This document shows positions 26,977 to 37,503 of a DNA stretch of 58,014 nt, piece by piece (position 1 is the stretch's first letter; each line of letters begins with the position of its first letter). This DNA is from Candidatus Magasanikiibacteriota bacterium. Lineage in GTDB: Bacteria > Patescibacteriota > Patescibacteriia > Magasanikbacterales > 2-02-FULL-50-9b. The stretch spans positions 1-58,014 of the forward strand of contig CALRDW010000001.1 of NCBI GenBank assembly GCA_943355025.1, read 5' to 3'. Below the pieces are notes generated by a model, which saw only the letters and a program-made list of their open reading frames with translations, was not told the DNA's origin and did no database searches. The position numbers and the translations under genes were made by a program.

Positions 26977-27833
26977 CAACGCATCCAACGCTTAGTTACG
27001 CGCTGCTCGACAGCGGCGATGGTGAAAAACTAGAACGCTACGGCGCTATTGTTGTTGCCAGGCCAGATCCGCAAGCGCTGTGGAAAAAGCTTCGCGCACC
27101 TGCGCAGTGGGCTGCGGCTGATGCAATTTTTACGCGTGATGACGAAGACGCTGGTTGGAAAATAGGTAAACAAGTTCCAGAGCGGTGGAACATTGAACTT
27201 GCAGGGATTAAACTCTGGGTGCGACCCACCTCGTTTAAACACATGGGAGTTTTTCCTGAACAGGTCCCAAATTGGACGTGGATTTCTGATTTAATTTTGC
27301 GTGCCGCGCGCCCGATTACTGTTTTAAATTTATTTGGATATACGGGCGGCGCATCGCTTGCTGCTGCCGCGGCTGGCGCCGAAGTATGTCATGTTGATGG
27401 TTCGCGCGTTGCGATCAACTGGGCGCGCGACAATGCGAAGCTCGCGGGTCTTGAAAACAAACCTGTTCGATGGATTTTGGATGACGTTCGCGGATTTTTG
27501 AAGCGAGAACTTAAACGTGGTCGAAGATATGATGGCATTATTATGGATCCTCCTGCGTTTGGTCATGGCGCTGACAAAGAAGTGTGGAAAATCGAAGATG
27601 ATTTTTTACCGCTGCTTGATTTATGCCGCGAAATTTTGAGTGATAAGCCACTTTTTTTTCTCATCAACGGTTATGCATCGGGCTATTCATCAATCGCATA
27701 CGAAAATAATTTGACTGGACTCGTGGCAGGACTTGGTGGTGCAATTGAAATCGGCGAGTTAACGATTGCTGAGGAATTGGCGGGCCGCTTATTGCCGAGC
27801 GGTATTTTTGCTCGGTGGAACGCAATTGTTTAA
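26955..27833 (+). CDS. SAM-dependent methyltransferase (RlmI/RlmK-like)
   Basis: LLDSG.GEKLERYG, GVFPEQ, LNLFGYTG, IMDPPAFG. Confidence 0.88.
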   Translation: MAEPKILTTHPTLSYALLDSGDGEKLERYGAIVVARPDPQALWKKLRAPAQWAAADAIFTRDDEDAGWKIGKQVPERWNIELAGIKLWVRPTSFKHMGVFPEQVPNWTWISDLILRAARPITVLNLFGYTGGASLAAAAAGAEVCHVDGSRVAINWARDNAKLAGLENKPVRWILDDVRGFLKRELKRGRRYDGIIMDPPAFGHGADKEVWKIEDDFLPLLDLCREILSDKPLFFLINGYASGYSSIAYENNLTGLVAGLGGAIEIGELTIAEELAGRLLPSGIFARWNAIV

Positions 27834-27834
27834 T

Positions 27835-28512
27835 ATGCAACTCGAGGTTTTGTATGAGGATAATCATGCGATTGTCGTGCGTAAACCAGCGGGTGTACTC
27901 GTGCAGGGAGACGCGAGTGGGGATACACCACTGCTCGACGAAGTAAAAAAATATTTAAAAGCTCACTACAATAAACCAGGCAATGTTTTTGTTGGCCTTG
28001 TGCACCGACTTGATCGTCCGGTTGAAGGTGTTATTTTATTTGCAAAAACAAGTAAGGGTGCAGCGCGTTTTTCTGAACAGTTTCGTGAACACACGACAGA
28101 AAAAATATATCACGCAGTTGTTGTCGGAGAGCCGAAAAAAAAATCTGACACGCTCGTACATTTTTTACGCAAACGCGAAGATGAGGTGACAGCTGTTATT
28201 TTTGATGAGTCAGGGCCAGATACGCAGCACGCCGAGCTTGCATATGAAATTGTTGAAGCGGGAAAAAAATATTCATTGCTCAGAATTATTTTGAAGACAG
28301 GTCGCGCGCATCAGATTCGCGCACAATTTTCTCATATCGGACACCCGATAGTCGGCGACACAAAATATGGTGGGCCACATTCACAATTTATTTCGCGCAA
28401 CGCAATCGCACTCGCAGCCACACAGCTTACATTCGCAGCGGCAACAATGGCCGAACGTGTTACGGTTAGCTCGCCGATTCCAAAAAAATGGTTTGAGCTT
28501 ATTGCGTCGTAG
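27835..28512 (+). CDS. RluA-family pseudouridine synthase
   Basis: KPAG, VHRLDRP, TGR.HQIRAQ, GD.KYG. Confidence 0.95.
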   Translation: MQLEVLYEDNHAIVVRKPAGVLVQGDASGDTPLLDEVKKYLKAHYNKPGNVFVGLVHRLDRPVEGVILFAKTSKGAARFSEQFREHTTEKIYHAVVVGEPKKKSDTLVHFLRKREDEVTAVIFDESGPDTQHAELAYEIVEAGKKYSLLRIILKTGRAHQIRAQFSHIGHPIVGDTKYGGPHSQFISRNAIALAATQLTFAAATMAERVTVSSPIPKKWFELIAS

Positions 28513-30364
28513 CCGTGTCAATTGATGTGTGACCAATGTACGCACCATTGATAATCCACCAGTCCGCTGAATTATTTTTAAGCATCGTGATTTGCGCAGG
28601 TGTTGGTTCCCAGTATGGTTTGATAACGAAAAAAATTTCACGCACATTCGCTGCTCGTGCTGCATCAACAATTATTTTTTTTGTAAGCACTCCGTATGTC
28701 GCGGGTAAAAAAAATTTTGTATACAGCACATCGCCTGTTGGGATCGGATAAAAATAAAAATCTCGGTCAGGCAATTGACGCTCAGTAAAACCAAACACGT
28801 TGAGCGCCGCAGCAGAGGTTGGTTGATCCGCGAGCACAACATACGGTTTGTGTGCGGCGTGTTCGTCGATGCTTTTGACAAGTGCTATGTCGGAGGGACT
28901 CACAGAAATATTTTTTGAGTGCTGAACCGTATTCCACGCGGGGTAGGCAAGATACCATGAAGAAGCAGCGACGCATGTAAGTGCCATCAGAAGAATTCGA
29001 CGATTAATTTTTGGGATGCGCGCAAGAAAATTCGTTAGACCAATCGTCGCGAGCGGTACCATACAAATATATGCAGCAATCAGAAGGCGATTCGATAATC
29101 CTGACTCTTCATAGCTGATGATACCTCCGACGTGGATGGAGAGTAATAGTATGCCGCTCGTCGCGATCGCAAGCGAAGACAAAAAAAGTTGCGTGGCACG
29201 TCGATGATCCTGTCGATGCCGAAAAAAACCATAGAGCGCTCCGAGAATAATTATAAGCGGCCCGCATAGACGCGCGCTGTAAGCAAGTCGCGTTATGATA
29301 AATGAATGAAATGACTGTGGTGGAATAAAAAATAAATGTAAAAACTGCGTCGCAGTTGGGAAAGAAAAAATTATTTGTTTTGATGTAGCAGCAATAAGGG
29401 TTGCAGGTAGAAGTGCGATAAAAATAAAAGTGCTTATGAGCGATGTATGGCGCAGACCGGTAGTTTTTATTTTTGAGCACAACTCCCACAGCACGATGGC
29501 GAACGCTGGTATTCCGCTGAGTGGATGAATACACGCGATGCCTCCCGCAATGAAGAGGTGTGTTTTTATCGCCGTTGTGCTATTTCGTTTTTCATAAAAC
29601 AAGTATATGACAAAACCAAGTAATAAAAAGTGGCCGAGCGCTTGCGGTGTGCTCGTAATCCAGAGTTCGGAAAATAAAATAAAAATGAGGAGTGGCAAAG
29701 TTTTTTTTGCAGCGCACGTAATAATTGTTGCGCCAATACAGGGAGTAGCCCACGCAAGGATTGTTTTGATGTGCACGGGGAACGTGGTTGCGATCGCGGC
29801 AATCAGCGCATGGAATCCGTTATATAGAAAACCGATTGGCGTAATTGAACCCTGCTGCATCCATGCCCGCACAGTCGCTTCATGTACAAAAATATCAAAT
29901 CCAAAACCAAGTGGAAACAATTGTGCTGAGAGTGAAATAAAACTGAGCGCTGATAGCCAGACAGCAACTGGGTGTAGCAGCTGTTTATACAGCGCAATTA
30001 ACCACAAGCCGAAAAAAAGAATATATACGATTTGAAATCGTGGCGAGATGAGTTGCCACGGCGACGAATCCCACCCTGCTGAGCGGTGGTGGACTAAATA
30101 CCACGAGGCGAGCACCGAGCCAAGAAGTGCAGCAAGTGAGCAGACGACGCGCAAGAGCACGGTGCTGGCCCCTGTCTGATGTGCCGCAGTATGGGGCGTT
30201 GTATCCTCATCATCCTTCAGACTTTTATTAAAAAACACTAACAAAAAGCCCACGAAAGTGCTTATAAGCAAAAAAATACTTGAGAATGCTGCGCCCGCTG
30301 GCCAGCCGTATACATGATATATTAAAGTACCAAAAATGGACCCAGCAGAAACAGAGCCAAGCAA
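28499..30364 (-). CDS. Large polytopic membrane protein (GT-C-like, putative glycosyltransferase)
   Basis: More than 12 hydrophobic segments; GFGFD.F.H.A loop, HPLSGIPA, VLA.Q..SAAAL...G; start uncertain. Confidence 0.7.
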   Translation of the reverse strand: MLGSVSAGSIFGTLIYHVYGWPAGAAFSSIFLLISTFVGFLLVFFNKSLKDDEDTTPHTAAHQTGASTVLLRVVCSLAALLGSVLASWYLVHHRSAGWDSSPWQLISPRFQIVYILFFGLWLIALYKQLLHPVAVWLSALSFISLSAQLFPLGFGFDIFVHEATVRAWMQQGSITPIGFLYNGFHALIAAIATTFPVHIKTILAWATPCIGATIITCAAKKTLPLLIFILFSELWITSTPQALGHFLLLGFVIYLFYEKRNSTTAIKTHLFIAGGIACIHPLSGIPAFAIVLWELCSKIKTTGLRHTSLISTFIFIALLPATLIAATSKQIIFSFPTATQFLHLFFIPPQSFHSFIITRLAYSARLCGPLIIILGALYGFFRHRQDHRRATQLFLSSLAIATSGILLLSIHVGGIISYEESGLSNRLLIAAYICMVPLATIGLTNFLARIPKINRRILLMALTCVAASSWYLAYPAWNTVQHSKNISVSPSDIALVKSIDEHAAHKPYVVLADQPTSAAALNVFGFTERQLPDRDFYFYPIPTGDVLYTKFFLPATYGVLTKKIIVDAARAANVREIFFVIKPYWEPTPAQITMLKNNSADWWIINGAYIGHTSIDTATTQ

Positions 30365-30438
30365 AAAAAGAAGAAAATTATTGCGCGAATAAGCTATTTT
30401 TCGTATACTACCTCTATATTACCTGTGCTCATACCTTT

Positions 30439-31014
30439 GTGACAAGTACTCCGACCGAAGTGTTTTTACACGACAGAATTTTAGACAAAGCCTTACTTTG
30501 GATGATTCCGCGTTGGGTGACGCCAAATTCTATCACGTGGCTCCGATTTTTCTTGGTGCCGTTTGTCGTGTATATTAATTATCGAGGAAATTATGCTGTG
30601 GGCGTGCCACTTTTCTTGTTCGCCGCATTTACGGATGCAGTTGACGGCTCTTTGGCACGAACGCGTGACCAGATTACAAATTTTGGAAAACTATTTGATC
30701 CGTTTGCCGATAAGTTGCTCATAGGCTCGATGGTAGTACTTCTGGTTTTTAAATATCTCAGTCAAAAAATTGGCTATATTGTTGTTGGGCTTGAAATTTT
30801 ATTTATTGTGGTTGGAACTGTGCAGTGGCTTTTGGGTAAAGTGAGTCAGGCAAATTTGTGGGGGAAAATTAAAATGTTATTGCAGGTTTTAGCAGTGTGT
30901 TTAATTTTATTAGGCCTTACATTTGGTTATCCAATACTTTTTGCTTGCGCAACATGGATTTTTGGTGCGGCGATTATTTTTGCCTGCATCAGTCTTTTTT
31001 TTCACGGCATATAA
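30439..31014 (+). CDS. CDP-alcohol phosphatidyltransferase (PgsA-like)
   Basis: PN.IT..R, D..DG..AR...G...D...DK motif. Confidence 0.92.
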   Translation: MTSTPTEVFLHDRILDKALLWMIPRWVTPNSITWLRFFLVPFVVYINYRGNYAVGVPLFLFAAFTDAVDGSLARTRDQITNFGKLFDPFADKLLIGSMVVLLVFKYLSQKIGYIVVGLEILFIVVGTVQWLLGKVSQANLWGKIKMLLQVLAVCLILLGLTFGYPILFACATWIFGAAIIFACISLFFHGI

Positions 31015-31016
31015 TT

Positions 31017-32600
31017 ATGAATCGTAGATTTTTTAATCGAATTCCATCGCTCTTAATTGTCGGGTGTCTCTCATTTATTTTTATTTTGTCGCCAGTTGTT
31101 TATTTAATGCATGGAACTGTAAATTCTCCGGATGAGCGCGCAACAGAACTTTTTGCAACGTCATGGGCCGAGCGGCGCGAACTAAAAATTCCAGTTTCAA
31201 TACAACAACCAGAGAGTTATCCCTTGTTTGCTCGCAGCACGCAGCCGCACGGGCAAGAACTCGTCCCGTCTGGATTTGTTGGGCAGCCGATTTTTTTTGG
31301 AAGTTTGATAGGTGTGTTCGGCGCGCAGTCGATTTTTTATATTACAATTTTACTTACCGCGCTTGCCGCAATCGCATGGTGGTTTATCATGTGTCAGATT
31401 TTTGGAAGACCTGTCGCGGACTATTCTTTTTTGTTTTTTTTATTTCATCCAGCCGTTTTGTATTATTCAGCACGCGGGCTTTTTCCAAACATGGCGATGC
31501 TCGATTTACTTATCATGAGTATCGCATCAGGTTGGTATGTGTGGAATATTCGAACACATGCGCGCGAAAATTTGCAAAAATGTTTAATGGTTTCATTATG
31601 CATTGCAGCAACTGTTGGTGCAATTGCATTTCGACCGCCTGAAGCGCTCATGGTTTATGCGTGGATTTGTATCGCGATGCTTATTTTTGGATCGCGCGCT
31701 GTACTAAAGTTCGCATGCATGATCGTTGCAATGCTTATGGTGCTCGCCGGAATTTTTTGGTTCGCACGAAGTTCAGGAAATTTTGCGGGCAGTTATTCAT
31801 TCGTGCATATCACGTCGCTCACACAAGTATTATTTCCTTTTGGAATACACATTGCACTCGTGTGGCATACAGCAATACGATTCATCGTTAAATTATTTTC
31901 ACCGTGGGTCCTTGTTTCCTCAACAGGCCTTCTCGTGTGGCTTTGGCGGCTTTATAAATATAAAGAATTTGATCGTGCAGTCGCAGGGTATGTGTGCGTA
32001 ATCGTCCCTGTGAGTTTTTGGTTGTTTATTGTTTACGGCAGTTGGTCGATTAGTGATAATCCTGCAGATGCAAGCGCCGTCACGCTCGGCTCCTCGTATG
32101 TACGGTATTGGTTGCCGCATCTTATTTTTAGAATGCCATTTGCCGCGTATTTAATTCATTTGATTATTGTGCATTGGAAAGGGTTCCGTCGGTGGATGCT
32201 TGTTGCTGCACTTTCCCTCAGTGTAATCGGTGGTGTTTGGCGGGCGTCTGACGGTGTCGATGGTTTGATTGCTGTTGTGCAGTCTGTGCGGGAGGCAGGA
32301 ATTATTCGTACGGAAGTTTTAGAACGTTTGCCGAAGGGGAGTGTGCTTGCAGTGCGTGCGTGGGATAAAATTTTTGTTGGGTACGTTCCTGTGCTTCAAC
32401 CATTTCCGCGCGATGTGCGAACGCTCAGTGCGGCGCGTGAACTTCTTCTACGTGGTGGTGTTCCTGTGTGGGCATTTATTGAAACATTAGCGGAGGTTGA
32501 TGAACGTTGGCTGCGCGATAATAAAATTTTTGCCAAAAAAATTGCACCATACGGTGTGCACACGCTATACGAATTACAACTATGGAACGTCGCGCAATAA
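31017..32600 (+). CDS. Polytopic membrane protein, GT-C (ArnT/PMT-like) candidate
   Basis: NSPDE in first loop, many TM helices, SY.RYWLP. Confidence 0.7.
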   Translation: MNRRFFNRIPSLLIVGCLSFIFILSPVVYLMHGTVNSPDERATELFATSWAERRELKIPVSIQQPESYPLFARSTQPHGQELVPSGFVGQPIFFGSLIGVFGAQSIFYITILLTALAAIAWWFIMCQIFGRPVADYSFLFFLFHPAVLYYSARGLFPNMAMLDLLIMSIASGWYVWNIRTHARENLQKCLMVSLCIAATVGAIAFRPPEALMVYAWICIAMLIFGSRAVLKFACMIVAMLMVLAGIFWFARSSGNFAGSYSFVHITSLTQVLFPFGIHIALVWHTAIRFIVKLFSPWVLVSSTGLLVWLWRLYKYKEFDRAVAGYVCVIVPVSFWLFIVYGSWSISDNPADASAVTLGSSYVRYWLPHLIFRMPFAAYLIHLIIVHWKGFRRWMLVAALSLSVIGGVWRASDGVDGLIAVVQSVREAGIIRTEVLERLPKGSVLAVRAWDKIFVGYVPVLQPFPRDVRTLSAARELLLRGGVPVWAFIETLAEVDERWLRDNKIFAKKIAPYGVHTLYELQLWNVAQ

Positions 32601-33142
32601 TTTTTTTAGGCGTATTGACTGCAGTAATTCCACTCGTGGTTATTTTATGGTCGCATACAGCTGCATGGCCGGAGATATTTGCGTCGCGCACTGATACGTT
32701 TTATCCAGGCGGTCCGAATATCATTTTTAATGATTTCACACCATCTTTTCGAACTGACATTGTGCGCGCTGACGAATATGGTGTTCGCGTGCGTCCAATA
32801 ACTGCGTTGCCTGTTTATTTGTTGTTTCAGCCACGTCGACACTCAAAATATATTCGTGTTGTCATAGAGGGTCATGGTGCTGATAATGAGGATGTGGAAA
32901 TTGGATATCGCCGCGACGGCCCTGCAAACGGTTTTTATCCAGAGAATAATATTATGCAGGGAGCTACAAATGAAATGCATTTTCTTGAAAACGGCATGCG
33001 CGAGTGGGAAAACAAATTTTTGTTTTCTGACATGCTTCGAGAGCGAACGGACGCGCGGCGAATTGTGTTCCGTACTGTCCAGGCAACTTCGACCGCACCA
33101 TTTTTTGTTCGCCACGTTAGATTATATTATGAAGACAAATAA
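32582..33142 (+). CDS. Hypothetical protein with N-terminal anchor
   Basis: Overlaps neighbours in an operon; N-terminal TM; PVY motif. Confidence 0.7.
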   Translation: MERRAIIFLGVLTAVIPLVVILWSHTAAWPEIFASRTDTFYPGGPNIIFNDFTPSFRTDIVRADEYGVRVRPITALPVYLLFQPRRHSKYIRVVIEGHGADNEDVEIGYRRDGPANGFYPENNIMQGATNEMHFLENGMREWENKFLFSDMLRERTDARRIVFRTVQATSTAPFFVRHVRLYYEDK

Positions 33143-33320
33143 AAACCTGAATATTTTTTTTGGATCTGTTGCGTGGAGTTGGTTCGCTTTCGGAATTCTT
33201 AGTGTTGTGTTTGAATTTTTTCGCCCGGGGTATGTTGACTACTTAGTGCCGGTCTGGGTATTCTTTTTTGTGGCCGCATGTTCGAGCGCGCTATCAAATA
33301 TATTTAAATCAAAAATATGA
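33129..33320 (+). CDS. Small 2-TM membrane protein
   Basis: MKTNKNL...FE..RPG.V; overlaps both neighbours. Confidence 0.6.
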   Translation: MKTNKNLNIFFGSVAWSWFAFGILSVVFEFFRPGYVDYLVPVWVFFFVAACSSALSNIFKSKI

Positions 33321-33739
33321 ATTGTGTTTTTTGTAAAATCATTGCTGGTGAAATTCCGCACAAGCGCGTGTACGAAGATGATCGTGTCATAGCATTTTTA
33401 GATCAGAATCCTGTAAATCCCGGCCACACGCTTCTTGTTCCAAAAAATCATTCTGAAAATTCTATCGAAGCCTCGACGATTGATTTGTGCGCGCTCGTTT
33501 CAGCCCTGCAGAAGATTTCGCCCGTTATCCGAGACGTTGTTGGTGCTAATGGGATTAATTTTTTAATTAACAACGGTGTAGCAGCAGGACAGGCCATCAT
33601 GCATACACATTGGCATATTATTCCACGTTTTTATACTGACGGTCTTAAGCTCTGGAACAGTGTAGATCTGTTGCCGGAGGACGCGACGCGCATTGCAGAC
33701 AAAATTATCATGGGTTTGCGTGGCAGGATCGACACATGA
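33317..33739 (+). CDS. HIT family hydrolase
   Basis: CVFCKI..GEIP, GH.L.VPK.H, HTHWHIIPR. Confidence 0.95.
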   Translation: MNCVFCKIIAGEIPHKRVYEDDRVIAFLDQNPVNPGHTLLVPKNHSENSIEASTIDLCALVSALQKISPVIRDVVGANGINFLINNGVAAGQAIMHTHWHIIPRFYTDGLKLWNSVDLLPEDATRIADKIIMGLRGRIDT

Positions 33740-33817
33740 GGACTGCGTTTGAGTCAATTACTGCGCGATGCGTTAAACTTGAAAATTTTTGACGCACCTG
33801 GTAGGCTTGAATTAACT

Positions 33818-34834
33818 ATGGAAACTCTTTTGGTCGGCGGTGGTGCCGGATTTATTGGCTCCAATTTTGTGCGATGGATGTTGAACAAGCATCCGGATTT
33901 AAAAATTGTTAATGTCGATAAATTAACGTACGCAGGGAACTTGGATAATCTTGCGGATGTGCCGGCGGATCGCCATGTGTTTATACAGGCCGATATTGCC
34001 GATGAGGCGCGGATGCATGAGATTATTGCGGCGGAGCGCCCGGACGCGATTGTTAATTTTGCGGCCGAGACGCATGTCGATCGCTCGATTCACGGCGGCC
34101 TACGCGATTTTGTTTTGGCGAATACGCTCGGGCCACAGGTGCTCGCAGAGGCGACGAAAAAATTTAGCATACCTTTATATATTCAAATTTCAACGGACGA
34201 GGTTTTTGGTGCACTTGAACTTGACGAGGATCGTTTGTTTCACGAAGAAACCGCGTTTGCGCCGAACATGCCGTATGCAGCGTGCAAGGCTGGGGGTGAT
34301 TTAATTTGCCGGTCATATTTTAAGACATTTGGTACGCCAATCATAGTCACGCACTGCTCAAACAATTACGGGCCGTATCAGTTTCCGGAAAAATTTATTC
34401 CGCAAGCAATTTCTAAAGCGATGCGCGATGAGAAGATTCCGATTTACGGGGACGGATTATATGTGCGCGATTGGATTCATGTAAATGATCATTGCAGCGC
34501 GATTGATTTATTGTTGGAGCGCGGAGTTCCCGGCGAAGTATATAACATTGGCGTTGACAATGAGCGTTCTAATTTAGAAATTGTAAAACTATTATTGCGG
34601 ATGCTCGGCAAACCTGAAGACTTGACTGTAACGGTGCAGGATCGTCCGGGCCATGATCGCCGGTATGCAATTGACGCGCGAAAAATTACCGCGCTTGGAT
34701 GGGTTCCAGAATTTACGCGCGAAAATTTTGAAGCGGGCCTGCGCGCGAAAATTGATTGGTACTTAGCGAACGGGGAGTGGGTTGAAAAATTGCGTGCGCG
34801 TGCAGAGGAAATTAATGCACATATAAAAGTATGA
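33818..34834 (+). CDS. rfbB: dTDP-glucose 4,6-dehydratase
   Basis: [52 protein letters not shown]. Confidence 0.96.
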   Translation: METLLVGGGAGFIGSNFVRWMLNKHPDLKIVNVDKLTYAGNLDNLADVPADRHVFIQADIADEARMHEIIAAERPDAIVNFAAETHVDRSIHGGLRDFVLANTLGPQVLAEATKKFSIPLYIQISTDEVFGALELDEDRLFHEETAFAPNMPYAACKAGGDLICRSYFKTFGTPIIVTHCSNNYGPYQFPEKFIPQAISKAMRDEKIPIYGDGLYVRDWIHVNDHCSAIDLLLERGVPGEVYNIGVDNERSNLEIVKLLLRMLGKPEDLTVTVQDRPGHDRRYAIDARKITALGWVPEFTRENFEAGLRAKIDWYLANGEWVEKLRARAEEINAHIKV

Positions 34835-35355
34835 GTGCTGAAAAACCAGATTTCTTGTATCATGCGTCACCTAATCGAGATCTCGTTGAACTAACTCCTC
34901 AGCGCAAGTCTGTGAGAGATGCGTTTGAAGGTAAACGCATATTTGCTTCCCCCGACAAGAATTTTGTGACGACATTCATGATGTCGCACATCAAACCGTT
35001 TGAGTCGGGCTTTTCCAATGGTGTGCCATGGTTTGCCGCGATTGAGGAACAATTTAGAAAAGAAGATGTGGGGGGTGCGGTATATCATGTTCCTGCTGAT
35101 ACGTTTGTTACTGATGAAAAAAAAGGACTTGGAAATAAAGAATGGACGAGCGCTGTACCAGTGGTACCAACTCAAAAAGATATTTATGAAAGTTCACTTG
35201 AAGCCATGATTGATCATGGTGTTCAGGTATTTTTGATGGATGAAATGACTTTTAAGGCATTGCAAGAATCACCTATTAAGGCAGATATTCTTGAAGTTTA
35301 TAAATCGATAAATCAGCAACGTGGGAAAAATATAAAAGAAATTAAATATGTTTAA
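34831..35355 (+). CDS. Hypothetical protein, possible ADP-ribosyltransferase-like fold
   Basis: LYHAS, IFASP, G.VY.V, EW.S; overlaps both neighbours. Confidence 0.7.
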   Translation: MSAEKPDFLYHASPNRDLVELTPQRKSVRDAFEGKRIFASPDKNFVTTFMMSHIKPFESGFSNGVPWFAAIEEQFRKEDVGGAVYHVPADTFVTDEKKGLGNKEWTSAVPVVPTQKDIYESSLEAMIDHGVQVFLMDEMTFKALQESPIKADILEVYKSINQQRGKNIKEIKYV

Positions 35356-35755
35356 ACTCTGGCCGCTTAAAGTTTGGACGAATAAAAGCTATCACCTCAC
35401 GCCGTTTGAATTATACGAGCACGTTCCATTTGATGTGAAACGCGTATATTGGGTGACACACAGTGGCGGGATTCCAACTGGTCAGCACTGTCACATGGAA
35501 GAGCAAGAAGTTTTTGTGTGCGCGGCTGGCATGATGACGGCGGTGATTGATCGCGGGCAGGGCAAAGAATTTTTTGAAATGAAAGAAGGGGATGCATTGT
35601 ATGCGCCGAACTATGTGTGGCATGGTTTTGAAAATTTATCGGACGATGCGGTGATGCTCGCGTTTTCCTCGACGAATTATAGCGCGGATCGGAGTGATTA
35701 TTGTGAGGATTATGAGGAATATCTGAGAGAATATCGCGGTAAGATACTTAATTGA
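35348..35755 (+). CDS. FdtA/QdtA (WxcM-like) sugar 3,4-ketoisomerase cupin
   Basis: VPF.VKRVY, G.H.H....E, VWH, DY..DY. Confidence 0.85.
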   Translation: MFKLWPLKVWTNKSYHLTPFELYEHVPFDVKRVYWVTHSGGIPTGQHCHMEEQEVFVCAAGMMTAVIDRGQGKEFFEMKEGDALYAPNYVWHGFENLSDDAVMLAFSSTNYSADRSDYCEDYEEYLREYRGKILN

Positions 35756-35804
35756 CACCATTTCTTGAAGAAAATTGCGCTTTGTAGTAACGTACAGGCT
35801 ACTT

Positions 35805-36647
35805 ATGCGTGTCATGATCCTCGGCTCACAGGGAATGCTTGGACAGGAATTGGTGCGAATTGCCGGTGAACGCGGCGACGAGATTTTTGCGTGGGACAAA
35901 ATCGATATCGATCTGACGGAACATGGCGCGTTCGACAAGATTCGCGCGGTCGCGCCGGAATTAATTATTAACACCGTTGCATACAATGCAGTTGACGACT
36001 GCGAAGGCGATGGCTGGGCGATTGCAGAAAAAATTAATGGCGTGCTGCCCGGGCAACTTGCAGCTCTCGCGCGAGAGCTGGACGCGACATTCGTGCATTT
36101 TTCAAGCGACTATGTGTTTGATGGTGATTGCGACGCGGGCTACACCGAAGACGCGGAGCCGCAGCCGGTCAATGCATACGGGCGCAGTAAAATGTTGGGC
36201 GAGGACGCAGTAAAAATGCTCGGCGAAAAATTTTATATTATTCGATTGTCACGATTGTTTGGAAAACCGGCAGCGTCGGCGGGTGCGAAACGAAGTTTTG
36301 TTGATTTGATGATTGAACTCGGATCCACGCGCGAGACAATTAATATGGTTGACGAAGAACGCGATTGTGCAACATATGCGCCGGATTTGGCGCGTGAGGT
36401 TTTTGCACTCGTGGATGAGGGCGCGCCGTTTGGGATTTACCATATTACAAATGCCGGTGCTGCGACGTGGTACGAATTTGGATGCGAAATTTTCCGCCTC
36501 GTTGGTTCAAAAATTATTGCATCACCAGTGGGTGCTGATGCGTTTCCGCGACCCGCGCGTCGTCCGCGCACATCAGAATTATTGAACACGAAGCGCGCGC
36601 CGATGCGTTCGTGGCAAGATGCTTTGTGCGAATATGTCGGAAGTTGA
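35805..36647 (+). CDS. rfbD: dTDP-4-dehydrorhamnose reductase
   Basis: G..GMLG, AY.AVD..E, S.DYVFDG, YG.SK..GE, A.RP. Confidence 0.93.
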   Translation: MRVMILGSQGMLGQELVRIAGERGDEIFAWDKIDIDLTEHGAFDKIRAVAPELIINTVAYNAVDDCEGDGWAIAEKINGVLPGQLAALARELDATFVHFSSDYVFDGDCDAGYTEDAEPQPVNAYGRSKMLGEDAVKMLGEKFYIIRLSRLFGKPAASAGAKRSFVDLMIELGSTRETINMVDEERDCATYAPDLAREVFALVDEGAPFGIYHITNAGAATWYEFGCEIFRLVGSKIIASPVGADAFPRPARRPRTSELLNTKRAPMRSWQDALCEYVGS

Positions 36648-37503
36648 TATTTCAATCGTCACAGTTGGTTTTAAAAGTTGCGAGTATGTTCGCGAGTTAT
36701 TGAATTCGCTTTTTACAGCACGCGGAAATTTATCGATCGAATATTTTATTTTGGATAATGCATCGGGCGATGGTTTAATTGAAATGGTTGAAAAAGAATT
36801 TGTGCCGCGTGTCGACGAACGATTAAAAATTTTTGCGCTTCAGAATCTAGAAAATTTTGGTTTTGCGAAAGCGAATAATATGGGTATCGCACGTGCGCGT
36901 GGGCGATACATCCTGCTACTCAATCCAGACATGCGACTTTTTCCAGATACATTGACGAACATGGTCACCTGGATGGATACTAATGCTCAGGCAGGTATTG
37001 CGGGATGTAAACTGATAACGCAAACAGGCGCAGTCCAGCCGCATGTGCGCCGTTTTCCGGGCGTGGTCGATCAGCTTGCAATCATGCTTAAAATTCCACA
37101 TGTCTGGCCAGGCGTTTTGAATTCATATTTGGCAACGGATTTTGATTATGATTCAACTGTCCGTGTTGACTCAATTCGCGGCTCATTCTTCATGATTCGT
37201 CGGAGCGTAATTGAAAAATTGGGAGAACTCGACGAACGTTTTTTTATTTGGTTCGAAGAAGTTGATTATTGTAAACAGGCCGCGGCAAATAATTTCGAGG
37301 TGTGGTTTACAAATGCTGCAACATGCATCGATCATGTCGGTAGAAGTTTTTCACTCGTGGGCGGTTTACAAAAGCAAAAATATTTTACGGACAGCATGAT
37401 AAAATATTTCGCAAAATGGCATCCAAAAAGCGCGTGGATTTTTCGCGCGCTGCGACCATTCGCACTTGCAGGAGCGTGGGCTGCTGAAAAAATGCATATA
37501 TGA
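36634..37503 (+). CDS. Glycosyltransferase family 2 (WbbL-like)
   Basis: DNAS.DG, N.GFAKANN, LLNPD, FEEVD.C. Confidence 0.92.
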   Translation: MSEVDISIVTVGFKSCEYVRELLNSLFTARGNLSIEYFILDNASGDGLIEMVEKEFVPRVDERLKIFALQNLENFGFAKANNMGIARARGRYILLLNPDMRLFPDTLTNMVTWMDTNAQAGIAGCKLITQTGAVQPHVRRFPGVVDQLAIMLKIPHVWPGVLNSYLATDFDYDSTVRVDSIRGSFFMIRRSVIEKLGELDERFFIWFEEVDYCKQAAANNFEVWFTNAATCIDHVGRSFSLVGGLQKQKYFTDSMIKYFAKWHPKSAWIFRALRPFALAGAWAAEKMHI

